From positions 1 through 37,644 of IMG/VR virus record IMGVR_UViG_3300037420_000101: a DNA stretch of 37,644 nucleotides. The stretch is one strand, 5' to 3'. The translations under genes were made by a program, and so were the position numbers. The notes beneath the pieces were generated by a model. That model had not been told where the DNA came from, searched no databases, and saw nothing but the letters and a program-made list of their open reading frames with translations. Below are positions 9,488 to 16,610 of the stretch, in pieces. This DNA is from a virus (taxonomy: Duplodnaviria > Caudoviricetes). Each line of letters starts with the position of its first letter. Positions within the stretch are counted from its first letter, which is position 1.

Positions 9488-9558
9488 GCCTTGCAAGTGT
9501 AACGATTGCACGACTGCCTCTAAAGCGGGAAGACGGGGTTCGACTCCCCGGCAAGGCA
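9488..9558 (+). tRNA. tRNA with CTA anticodon (amber suppressor / 'Pyl-like')
   Basis: Acceptor GCCTTGC/GCAAGGC, D stem GTGT/GCAC, loop CTCTAAA (anticodon 9520-9522), T arm CGGGG-TTCGACT-CCCCG. Confidence 0.85.
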
Positions 9559-9563
9559 CTTAC

Positions 9564-9592
9564 TTGACAGACAGATTCTAGTCTGCTAAAGT
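9564..9592 (+). promoter_or_regulatory. sigma70/HrdB-type promoter
   Basis: TTGACA-N17-TAAAGT. Confidence 0.65.
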
Positions 9593-9653
9593 AATAGTAT
9601 TGGTCGAAACGGGCTAGCAAATAGTGGACCTGAAAAAACTACGCTAGCTGCAA

Positions 9654-9725
9654 TGGTCTATGGGGTAATCGGCAGCCCGAAAGATTCTGACTCTTTTAGT
9701 CTAGGTTCGAGTCCTAGTAGACCAG
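9654..9725 (+). tRNA. tRNA-Gln(CTG)
   Basis: Cloverleaf; AAAGA-TTCTGAC-TCTTT. Confidence 0.92.
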
Positions 9726-9753
9726 CAAGTCTCGTCAGACTCTAAATGACAAT

Positions 9754-9824
9754 ATCCGCTAAGTGTTACGGTAGCACATCTGTCTCCAAAGCAGAGGGCG
9801 TGGGTTCGACTCCTACAGCGGGTG
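9754..9824 (+). tRNA. tRNA-Trp(CCA)
   Basis: Cloverleaf; TCTGT-CTCCAAA-GCAGA. Confidence 0.92.
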
Positions 9825-9827
9825 CGA

Positions 9828-9959
9828 TGAAATTGGGCCGACTGGAAATCGGTTATCTTACATATTATCGGAAAATATATCGGCAGTTGGTTCGAATCCA
9901 ACACCGTCCCACAATAGGAAGCCGGGACAATCTCCGATTCCGCAACATGTCCAATTTCA
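9828..9959 (+). ncRNA. Y RNA (YrlA-like) 1
   Basis: 11-bp terminal stem TGAAATTGGGC/GTCCAATTTCA, CGAC bulge, second stem, GGTTATCT, internal T arm GTTGG-TTCGAAT-CCAAC; upstream of Ro gene. Confidence 0.75.
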
Positions 9960-9963
9960 CAAT

Positions 9964-10039
9964 GCGGGTGTAGCTCAGTCTGGTTAGTAGCGCTACTCTG
10001 ATAAAGTAGAGGTCGTAGGTTCAAATCCTACCATCCGCA
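9964..10039 (+). tRNA. tRNA-Ile(GAT)
   Basis: Cloverleaf; CTACT-CTGATAA-AGTAG. Confidence 0.92.
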
Positions 10040-10043
10040 CAGT

Positions 10044-10183
10044 TGAATACGAGCCGAACGAGAAACGGTTATCTTTCTGTCAAAAAGAGGGTCTGGGTTC
10101 GAATCCCAGCGCCGGGGCATCTTCCCGGTGTAGTGTAATGGTGAGCATCTAAACGTCGTTCCTCACCCATATGTTCGTGTTCA
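10044..10183 (+). ncRNA. Y RNA (YrlA-like) 2 containing a circularly permuted tRNA-Asp-like domain
   Basis: Terminal stem TGAATACGAGC/GTTCGTGTTCA, CGAA bulge, GGTTATCT, then anticodon arm (GTC), T arm, closed acceptor hairpin, D arm. Confidence 0.8.
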
Positions 10184-10187
10184 CAAT

Positions 10188-10276
10188 GGAAGTGTGGTCG
10201 AGTCAGGCTTATGGCGCTAGTCTTGAAAACTAGAGTGGAGTTAAATCCACCGGGGGTTCGAATCCCTCCACTTCCG
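10188..10276 (+). tRNA. tRNA-Ser(TGA)
   Basis: Cloverleaf with long variable arm; CTAGT-CTTGAAA-ACTAG. Confidence 0.93.
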
Positions 10277-10290
10277 CGCAAATAAAGTAT

Positions 10291-10364
10291 GGCTGTGTAG
10301 CTCAGTTGGTCAGAGCGCTGCCCTGTCAAGGCAGAGGCCGAGGGTTCAAGTCCCTTCACAGTCG
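10291..10364 (+). tRNA. tRNA-Asp(GTC)
   Basis: Cloverleaf; CTGCC-CTGTCAA-GGCAG. Confidence 0.93.
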
Positions 10365-10448
10365 CCTCCCAAGCCTTTGAAGCTTGGTCGCGGGTCACCC
10401 TAATAAATGAAGGTGACCCGCTTTCCTTTGGAAGTAAATGGGGGTATT

Positions 10449-10688
10449 ATGTCTGTTGAGCAGGCAATCAAGAACGCAATGCTGGTTATGCTCAGAAATC
10501 GCGGGATTTCTGCGATTGAAGTTACCAAGTTCGAAGAGGAAACCGTCGAAATTGGTGGCTGTGAGACTTGCTGGGATGAGTATGCAGTTGTTATCATTAC
10601 GTATATCACCGAAACCGGTGTAACAAAGAGTTACGAATATGATGGAGAGTTTGGAAAACTCATCCAAGAGCTAGACGCTTCAAGCTGA
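10449..10688 (+). CDS. hypothetical protein
   Basis: ORF with GGGG RBS; GGCETC motif. Confidence 0.65.
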   Translation: MSVEQAIKNAMLVMLRNRGISAIEVTKFEEETVEIGGCETCWDEYAVVIITYITETGVTKSYEYDGEFGKLIQELDASS

Positions 10689-10731
10689 CTAGCTAAACTA
10701 TTCCCACAGGATGGGACGAAAGGAGACAGAA

Positions 10732-12363
10732 ATGTCTGATGCACTAAAGAACTATGCTCGTACCAAGAAGGTCGAGCGCACAAACACTCCTCTGACAAAG
10801 AGGACTCCAGGCCGAACCGATGAAGTCGTAAACAACGCCGGTTCCTACGTCTTTGGCGTAGATGACCAGAACCGCCTTGAGCGATTCCTCATTCTCGGTA
10901 CTGATGGAGGAACTTACTACGTCGGTGAGCGTAAGCTTACTGAGCAGAATGTCAAGTTCCTCAAGGACATGATTGCTCGAAACGAGCAGGCTGTCCTTGC
11001 TACCGTAATTGCGGTTTCTGAGGGCGGTCGTGCACTCAAGAACAGCCCTGCGCTATTCGCTTTGGCTTTGATTCTCACCGAGGGTCAGAACAAGGCTGCT
11101 GCACGAGCGGCTGTTCCGCGAGTTGCACGTACCTCCACGGCTCTATTCGAGTTTGCCGAATACATCAAGAACCTTGGTGGATGGGGTCGGGCAAAGCGAG
11201 GAGCAATCGCGGATTGGTATGAGAACATGGACGCTGGTAAGCTCGCTTACCAGGCTGTGAAGTACCGTCAGCGTAACGGATGGACTCACCGAGACCTATT
11301 CCGTCTTGCTCACCCAAAGGGAGTTGACCAGACTGTTGGAAACTTCATTCTAGGCAAGGACGAGCTTGGTCCAGACGCGCCATACATCCTCCTTGGATTC
11401 AAGGAAATGCAGCGGGCAACTTCGGTTGCAAACGTCATTGACACCCTTGGAGAGTTCAAGAACCTACCTTGGGAGACAATCCCAACTCAGTTCCTCAAGG
11501 ACGAGAAGGTATGGAAGACCCTCTTCTACAACAACCAGCTTGAGGGACAGGCCCTTGTTCGTAGCATTACGCGGCTCGCCCGTATTGGTGCTTTCAAGGA
11601 CATGGTATTCACGGCTGACTACGCTGAGAGGCTTGCTGACCCAGCAAGGATTGAGAAGACACGTCTTCACCCAATCAACTTCCTCAACGCGCTGGTTGTT
11701 CACAACGAAGGCCAGATTGACCGTGAGAACACTTGGTACTACGGTGCCTTCAGCACGCACAACCGCAAGAAGGACTGGACGACTTCTGGAAAGATTGTGG
11801 ACGCTCTCAACGAGGGCTTCTACGAGGCTTTCAAGCACGTCGAGCCAGCCGGTAAGAGGACTCTGCTCGCGGTTGACGTTTCTGGCTCCATGGCCGGATT
11901 CGCTGCCAACGGTCTAGACCTTTCAGCGGCTCAGGTCGCGGCGGCTATGGGAATGAACCTGGCTCGTACTGAAAAGTACAGCGAGATTGTTGGGTTCGGT
12001 ACCAGCATTGTTGACCTTGGAATTACAGCCAAGACTAGCTTGGAAGACGCAATGCGAAAGGTTCAGCGTTCCTTCGGGAGCACGAACATTTCCGCTGCCA
12101 TCGACTACGCTATCAAGAACCGTATTGAGGTTGATACGTTCGCAATGATTACCGACAACGAGGCGAACACCGGTCGTAAGCCTACCCAGGCCTTGGCCGA
12201 CTATCGTCAGCGTATGGGTATCGATGCGAAGCTGGCAAGCTTCGGCGTAGCTGCTACCGAGTACACCGTGGCCGACCCTAAGGACGCGAACCAGATGGAT
12301 TTCGTTGGCTTCGACAGCAACGCGCCAAAGGTCTTCGCAGACTTCTCAGCCGGTCGTCTGTAA
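10732..12363 (+). CDS. rsr: Ro60/Rsr-like RNA-binding protein (TROVE + vWA domains)
   Basis: NNAG.YVF, RLERFLILGTDGGTYY, GWGR, KYRQRNGWTHRDL.RLAHP, MIDAS DVSGSM, ITDNE, VGFDS; AGGAG RBS. Confidence 0.95.
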   Translation: MSDALKNYARTKKVERTNTPLTKRTPGRTDEVVNNAGSYVFGVDDQNRLERFLILGTDGGTYYVGERKLTEQNVKFLKDMIARNEQAVLATVIAVSEGGRALKNSPALFALALILTEGQNKAAARAAVPRVARTSTALFEFAEYIKNLGGWGRAKRGAIADWYENMDAGKLAYQAVKYRQRNGWTHRDLFRLAHPKGVDQTVGNFILGKDELGPDAPYILLGFKEMQRATSVANVIDTLGEFKNLPWETIPTQFLKDEKVWKTLFYNNQLEGQALVRSITRLARIGAFKDMVFTADYAERLADPARIEKTRLHPINFLNALVVHNEGQIDRENTWYYGAFSTHNRKKDWTTSGKIVDALNEGFYEAFKHVEPAGKRTLLAVDVSGSMAGFAANGLDLSAAQVAAAMGMNLARTEKYSEIVGFGTSIVDLGITAKTSLEDAMRKVQRSFGSTNISAAIDYAIKNRIEVDTFAMITDNEANTGRKPTQALADYRQRMGIDAKLASFGVAATEYTVADPKDANQMDFVGFDSNAPKVFADFSAGRL

Positions 12364-12367
12364 TTGA

Positions 12368-12396
12368 GCGGGGTGGCTTCGGTCACCCCGCCTTTT
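12368..12396 (+). terminator. intrinsic terminator
   Basis: GCGGGGTGGC-TTCG-GTCACCCCGC + TTTT. Confidence 0.85.
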
Positions 12397-12560
12397 AACG
12401 AAAGGATGGGGAATATAATGAAGATGAAAGCTGGTGGCCGCGATGCGCAAGTACTGGGATTGGTGACGGATAAGACCCTTGCTGGGGGCAAGGGCACACC
12501 GGAACGCTGCAAGTACTGCGGAGAGGTCGGAGGTCACACCGGACAATGCCCGGTAATTTC

Positions 12561-12821
12561 ATGAAGCATCACATTCTGACAATCATTGATGACGAACATG
12601 GTCGGGATTGCGAAATTGAGCATCTTACCGAATGTCCTACTCAAGCTAGCCGGGGTTATCTGGAGTGGATTTGTCCAGTCGGCTGGTTTATCGATGAAGC
12701 CGGGTTGCCGGATGAATTGACAGTACTTCCCGCTGGCGAGTACAATATCGACTTCTGGCATGAAGAGCGCAGGAACTATACCGGAGCTATCGAACATGAG
12801 TATGGAATTGTTCTAGTTTAA
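12561..12821 (+). CDS. hypothetical protein
   Basis: ORF, ATGA overlap with preceding small ORF. Confidence 0.6.
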   Translation: MKHHILTIIDDEHGRDCEIEHLTECPTQASRGYLEWICPVGWFIDEAGLPDELTVLPAGEYNIDFWHEERRNYTGAIEHEYGIVLV

Positions 12822-12850
12822 CGCTTATAATTCGGGGGAATAATAAGTGT

Positions 12851-13033
12851 ATGCTTACTTGCAGGGCGCGATTGTTCCATGACGACGAGTATAATTGGTA
12901 CTGGTACTGCTTCGACCACGGAGTTGTATCTCTCAGCTTTGAGACAGTACCAATAGCTCTGCGTGACCTTGACAATCATAAGCGTGAAGTGGTAGAGTCT
13001 GGAACAGAGCTTGACAGTGACATTTCGGAGTGA
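12851..13033 (+). CDS. hypothetical protein
   Basis: Short ORF with GGGGG RBS-like site. Confidence 0.5.
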   Translation: MLTCRARLFHDDEYNWYWYCFDHGVVSLSFETVPIALRDLDNHKREVVESGTELDSDISE

Positions 13034-13089
13034 TACCATAACGCCGTTGCACTTGCGGCGAGACTTCCCACGCCGGGTAGGGCAGCGAG

Positions 13090-13117
13090 AAACCCCCGGC
13101 TCAAAAGCCGGGGGTTT
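13090..13117. terminator. bidirectional terminator
   Basis: AAACCCCCGGC-TCAAAA-GCCGGGGGTTT between converging transcripts. Confidence 0.75.
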
Positions 13118-13128
13118 ACTCTAGGGGC

Positions 13129-13485
13129 TCAGCGCAGCTTGCCCATGTGAGCCTTCGTGAAGGCATCCATGACGGAGAATGGAATGCGGCCACGGTCGTT
13201 GACCTTGTGACCATTCTTCCGTGCCCAGTCGCGGATGACTGAGAGGTCTTCCGAGGACTGAGTGGTGCGACGAGTCGGAGTGCTGTTCGAGGTGGCGACA
13301 TTGCCCTCTCCTGCCGAGATGAATTCGCGGAACGTTTGCTCCAGTCGTGCGATGTTCTCGTTGGTGAGGTCGAGCGTTGTTTCCACGTCTCCGATTTTGA
13401 CCGGGATGGACCGGCCCTGGCTCTCGTCCATGATTGGAGTTCCGTCGATGTCGTCAACCAGAACTTCCATCTGCCGCTTGCTCAT
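13129..13485 (-). CDS. lsr2: Lsr2 nucleoid-associated protein
   Basis: LVDDIDG dimerisation motif, LDLT..N, IRDWARKNGHKVNDRGRIP AT-hook domain; AGGAG RBS. Confidence 0.93.
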   Translation of the reverse strand: MSKRQMEVLVDDIDGTPIMDESQGRSIPVKIGDVETTLDLTNENIARLEQTFREFISAGEGNVATSNSTPTRRTTQSSEDLSVIRDWARKNGHKVNDRGRIPFSVMDAFTKAHMGKLR

Positions 13486-13588
13486 GATGTTGCTCCTAAC
13501 TGTTGCGGTTGGTGGTGCACTACTTGGTACACAACCAGTTGTACAGGGCAACACGCGACAAGTCAAGCCGAAGTTCTGAAGTCGTTAC

Positions 13589-13618
13589 TTGACAAGCGTT
13601 TGAATCAGATGTTACACT
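13589..13618 (+). promoter_or_regulatory. sigma70/HrdB-type promoter
   Basis: TTGACA-N18-TACACT. Confidence 0.7.
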
Positions 13619-13635
13619 GGTACTACCTGTTACAG

Positions 13636-13708
13636 GGGGACTAAGTAGAAGCGGTAGATACGCTCGGTTGAAGCCCGAGAGAGTAGGGTTCGATTCCCTA
13701 AGTTCCCA
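13636..13708 (+). tRNA. tRNA-Phe(GAA)
   Basis: Cloverleaf; CTCGG-TTGAAGC-CCGAG. Confidence 0.88.
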
Positions 13709-13714
13709 CGCAAT

Positions 13715-13787
13715 GCGCTAGTAGCTCAGCGGATAGAGTACTTGACTACGAATCAAGCGGTCGGAGGTTCGAATCCTCTCTAGCGCG
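13715..13787 (+). tRNA. tRNA-Arg(ACG)
   Basis: Cloverleaf; CTTGA-CTACGAA-TCAAG. Confidence 0.93.
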
Positions 13788-13792
13788 CAAGA

Positions 13793-13820
13793 GGCCACTA
13801 CTTCGGTAGTGGCCTTTCTC
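13793..13820 (+). terminator. intrinsic terminator
   Basis: AGGCCACTAC-TTCG-GTAGTGGCCT + T-rich tail. Confidence 0.75.
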
Positions 13821-13842
13821 TATGATACGGAGGTCTCACTAT

Positions 13843-14088
13843 ATGGACGCAGTTACAGATTTCGACGCACTGGTTACTATGGGTGTGTATAACTATGTGG
13901 GACCAGATGATAACGGAGAGCCACTGTACGTGCTGAATGTCAAGCAGGCGCTTGAACTTTGTCCTGAAATCTACTGGGCTCAGCGCAACCAAGTTGACCT
14001 AGCGATTCTCGACGCGATAACAGCCGGGGTTGTTGACTGGGATATCAACACAACTACACTAGAGGAAACACTGAATTTCAATGTCTAA
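13843..14088 (+). CDS. hypothetical protein
   Basis: GGAGG RBS, ORF. Confidence 0.65.
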   Translation: MDAVTDFDALVTMGVYNYVGPDDNGEPLYVLNVKQALELCPEIYWAQRNQVDLAILDAITAGVVDWDINTTTLEETLNFNV

Positions 14089-14653
14089 GTTTTTCTACGA
14101 CTGTGAATTCCATGAGGATGGAAAGACCATCGACCTTATCAGCATCGGTATCGTGAACTACGAGACCGGCGAAACTTTCTATGCGGTCTCCAACGAATTC
14201 GACACTTCCAGGGTAGCAACTCATTGGTGGCTTATGGAGAATGTCATGTCTTCCATTGACCATGAGTCGTACGCTGTTGTCGATGCCGAAGGATTTCCGG
14301 TCTACCGCGACTTCGACATCACGGACCAGGCAGCCATGAGCCGCGAGGAGATTAAGCGCGGGGTCTTGGAGTTTGTCGGCCAAGGACAACCAGCAGAACT
14401 ATGGGCATGGTACAGTGCCTACGACCATGTGTGTCTAGCTCAACTCTTTGGCAAGATGATTGACTTGCCGTCTGAGGTGCCTATGGTGACCTACGATATC
14501 AAGCAGCTACATAAACTAGCTGGATACTGTGACATGCCAAAGCAGCCCGAAGGCTTGCACAACGCCTTGGAGGATGCTAAGTTTAACATTGTTAGATACA
14601 ACTATCTCAAGGAGGTGCTTGATGGCAACAATTTGCGCAAGGCCGAACTGTAA
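14081..14653 (+). CDS. DEDDh 3'-5' exoribonuclease (RNase AS/Rv2179c-like)
   Basis: FFYDCEF, LISIGIV, LWAWYSAYDHV.L.QLFG.M..LP, HNALEDA. Confidence 0.88.
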   Translation: MSKFFYDCEFHEDGKTIDLISIGIVNYETGETFYAVSNEFDTSRVATHWWLMENVMSSIDHESYAVVDAEGFPVYRDFDITDQAAMSREEIKRGVLEFVGQGQPAELWAWYSAYDHVCLAQLFGKMIDLPSEVPMVTYDIKQLHKLAGYCDMPKQPEGLHNALEDAKFNIVRYNYLKEVLDGNNLRKAEL

Positions 14654-14816
14654 CAAGGTAGTCTCTCAGTTCAAGTCTCTCGGCATCGTCAGTCTTAGGC
14701 TTGAGTCTCAGTTCAGCGAGAACGGGCCGGTTTTGGCAGTTGATGACCGAGGAGAAATCTGCGGAAACTGCTCCGTCGATTTGGCCGACTGGTGGCTACG
14801 AGGAAAGAACTCGTAG
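14622..14816 (+). CDS. hypothetical Cys-containing protein
   Basis: GGAGG RBS; CxxxxC...CxxC. Confidence 0.55.
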   Translation: MATICARPNCNKVVSQFKSLGIVSLRLESQFSENGPVLAVDDRGEICGNCSVDLADWWLRGKNS

Positions 14817-14828
14817 TACAATAGAGGT

Positions 14829-14996
14829 ATGAACAGATATACGTTGTCCGTACAACTAGAGGTCGAAGTAGAAGCTTTCGACCTAGCCGACGCCATTGAT
14901 GCCGTCCATGACGCATTTGGCGAGGGTTCTACGTGCGGAGTTGACATCAATAGCTTCAAGGTAGACAGTGAACGACCTAAGCCAAATCAAAAATAG
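14829..14996 (+). CDS. hypothetical protein (not in ORF track)
   Basis: GAGG RBS; 55-aa ORF MNRYTLSVQLEVEVEAF... Confidence 0.5.
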   Translation: MNRYTLSVQLEVEVEAFDLADAIDAVHDAFGEGSTCGVDINSFKVDSERPKPNQK

Positions 14997-15210
14997 TATT
15001 GAAGCCACGGGTAACAACGTCGAGATTCAGCAGATGTGCGGGATTACTTGGACAGACGGACAAAACCCCGATATGCATTTCACTGACGGAAATCCAGCGG
15101 TTGGTGAGATTACGGCATCCACAGAGTTTGGCCCAATCGTCATCCCAGTATGCCAGAAGTGTCTAGACCTAATCAGTGTAGAACACAAGCTATCCCTGGG
15201 AGAAGAATGA
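14968..15210 (+). CDS. hypothetical protein
   Basis: ORF in operon. Confidence 0.55.
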   Translation: MNDLSQIKNSIEATGNNVEIQQMCGITWTDGQNPDMHFTDGNPAVGEITASTEFGPIVIPVCQKCLDLISVEHKLSLGEE

Positions 15211-15413
15211 ACATCTGGAATGTCTTGTGGGTACTGTGGATTGTCAGCTTCGCTATCATTGAGGCTGTGGCAATCTCCAATGACGTAGACGAAGATACAC
15301 TGTCGGAGCATCTTCGTAAGTGGTTCAGGGTTGACACTCACCTTGGCCGCACGGTATGGTTGGTAGTATCAGGAATCTTCTTCGCATGGTTCGTTGTCCA
15401 CATAGTTAATTGA
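15207..15413 (+). CDS. small two-TM membrane protein
   Basis: Two hydrophobic helices around TLSEH. Confidence 0.65.
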   Translation: MNIWNVLWVLWIVSFAIIEAVAISNDVDEDTLSEHLRKWFRVDTHLGRTVWLVVSGIFFAWFVVHIVN

Positions 15414-15439
15414 CAAGAATGCGCGGGTTCTGGTAGACT
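15410..15439 (+). promoter_or_regulatory. sigma70/HrdB-type promoter
   Basis: TTGACA-N18-TAGACT. Confidence 0.7.
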
Positions 15440-15479
15440 AGAGTTATTAAACCACCCGCTCCCTCGTGGTTCGGGTTTT

Positions 15480-15551
15480 GGGGCTAAGGTGTCAAGGGTT
15501 GCATACTTCTTTTGCAAGGAATAGGATGGGGTTCGACTCCCCATAGCTCCA
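15480..15551 (+). tRNA. tRNA-Ala(TGC)
   Basis: GGGGCTA/TAGCTCC acceptor with G3.U70; loop TTTGCAA. Confidence 0.85.
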
Positions 15552-15621
15552 CCGCCGTACTTGAGAAAGTACGTTTACACCTTCACTAAATTGGGTAACA
15601 TGATAGTGGAGGTGTGTAATA

Positions 15622-15696
15622 ATGAGTATTGGTTACATTCTTATGGTGATTGTGGTAGTATTGCTAATCGTATGGCTACTATCACTAATCCTGTGA
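15622..15696 (+). CDS. 24-aa single-pass membrane peptide
   Basis: GGAGG RBS; MSIGYILMVIVVVLLIVWLLSLIL. Confidence 0.55.
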   Translation: MSIGYILMVIVVVLLIVWLLSLIL

Positions 15697-15709
15697 AGGG
15701 GGTAAAACG

Positions 15710-15787
15710 ATGCCCCTTTGGCTAGCAGTAGTAATTGGAGTTTGCATCGGAGTGTTCTTCGCTCTGGTCATTCTTCCAGCAATTTGA
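15710..15787 (+). CDS. 25-aa single-pass membrane peptide
   Basis: AAGGGGG RBS; MPLWLAVVIGVCIGVFFALVILPAI. Confidence 0.55.
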   Translation: MPLWLAVVIGVCIGVFFALVILPAI

Positions 15788-15829
15788 TGTGAACGAAAGA
15801 AGGCCGGGTTTAGCAGAAAGCCCGGTTCT

Positions 15830-15902
15830 GCGTCTTGGAGCATGTATGGATAATGCAACTGACTCTTACTCAGTGGATGCGGTTCGATTCCGACAGGACG
15901 CA
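15830..15902 (+). tRNA. atypical tRNA-Lys(CTT)
   Basis: GCGTCTT/AGGACGC acceptor; ACTGA-CTCTTAC-TCAGT; imperfect T stem. Confidence 0.7.
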
Positions 15903-16013
15903 CAAACACCAAATGTCTTTACTAGCAGTCAGCAATCAAGAGAAACAATCCCACTCCTCTTGACTATGAACTTCTAGTTGGTGTAGCATGGATATAGGCT
16001 GAAACTGACATAT

Positions 16014-16086
16014 GCCTCTATAGCTCAGTTGGTAGAGCAGATGACTCTTAATCATCGGGTCGGCGGTTCGAGTCCGTCTGGGGGTA
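16014..16086 (+). tRNA. tRNA-Lys(CTT)
   Basis: Cloverleaf; GATGA-CTCTTAA-TCATC. Confidence 0.92.
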
Positions 16087-16197
16087 CGCTTTTATGGAAA
16101 CCGTTTTGGCACGAGATAAACGGGCCACGCAGTAGAGGAGTAGTTGGATGCTTCTGCTGTTGATTAAAGACCAACTGGCTAGCGGACTACCGCTTAT

Positions 16198-16273
16198 GCT
16201 CCAGTCGTATCTGTTGGTTAGGTATACAGGGTTTTCACCCCTGTGGTCGCGGGTTCGATTCCCGTCTGGAGTA
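16198..16273 (+). tRNA. tRNA-Glu(TTC)
   Basis: Cloverleaf; CAGGG-TTTTCAC-CCCTG. Confidence 0.9.
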
Positions 16274-16428
16274 CAATGGTGAGCATTACGCGATGCAAAA
16301 CCCAGATGGTGGCATGTCACCAAAGTCATGCTGTTCAGTGAGAGGCTGAATGTTAGAGAAACCTCTTGGCGCAGTGAGAAGCCAAAACTCACAAAAGGGC
16401 AATCATCCTAGGTATTGTGATTGCTGAC

Positions 16429-16458
16429 AACCTGAAGATTAGCGGTCTTCAGGTTTTT
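16429..16458 (+). terminator. terminator-like hairpin immediately before tRNA-Lys(TTT)
   Basis: AACCTGAAGA/TCTTCAGGTT stem + T run. Confidence 0.55.
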
Positions 16459-16532
16459 GGGTCTATAGTTCTAATTGCGCAAAACAGCGGGCTTTTACCC
16501 CGTGGTTCTCGGTTCGAATCCGAGTGGACCCA
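16459..16532 (+). tRNA. tRNA-Lys(TTT)
   Basis: Cloverleaf; GCGGG-CTTTTAC-CCCGT. Confidence 0.87.
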
Positions 16533-16610
16533 CTTAACTTCTATTAAAGGAGGTTCGTAATGCGAAAGGTTGACGGCCATGTATAGGTAACCTAAGGAGG
16601 GATACTTAAC

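Noticed and set aside
9488-9558. Genuine pyrrolysine system or genome-wide TAG recoding
   Set aside because: No pylS/pylBCD here, scaffold resembles tRNA-Trp, and TAG terminates many well-supported genes
9701-10398. ORF-track ORFs overlapping tRNA/Y RNA clusters (also 16048-16392, 19781-20441, 22063-22461, 25971-26462, 31876-32226)
   Set aside because: They overlap RNA genes, lack RBSs and show no protein-like motifs
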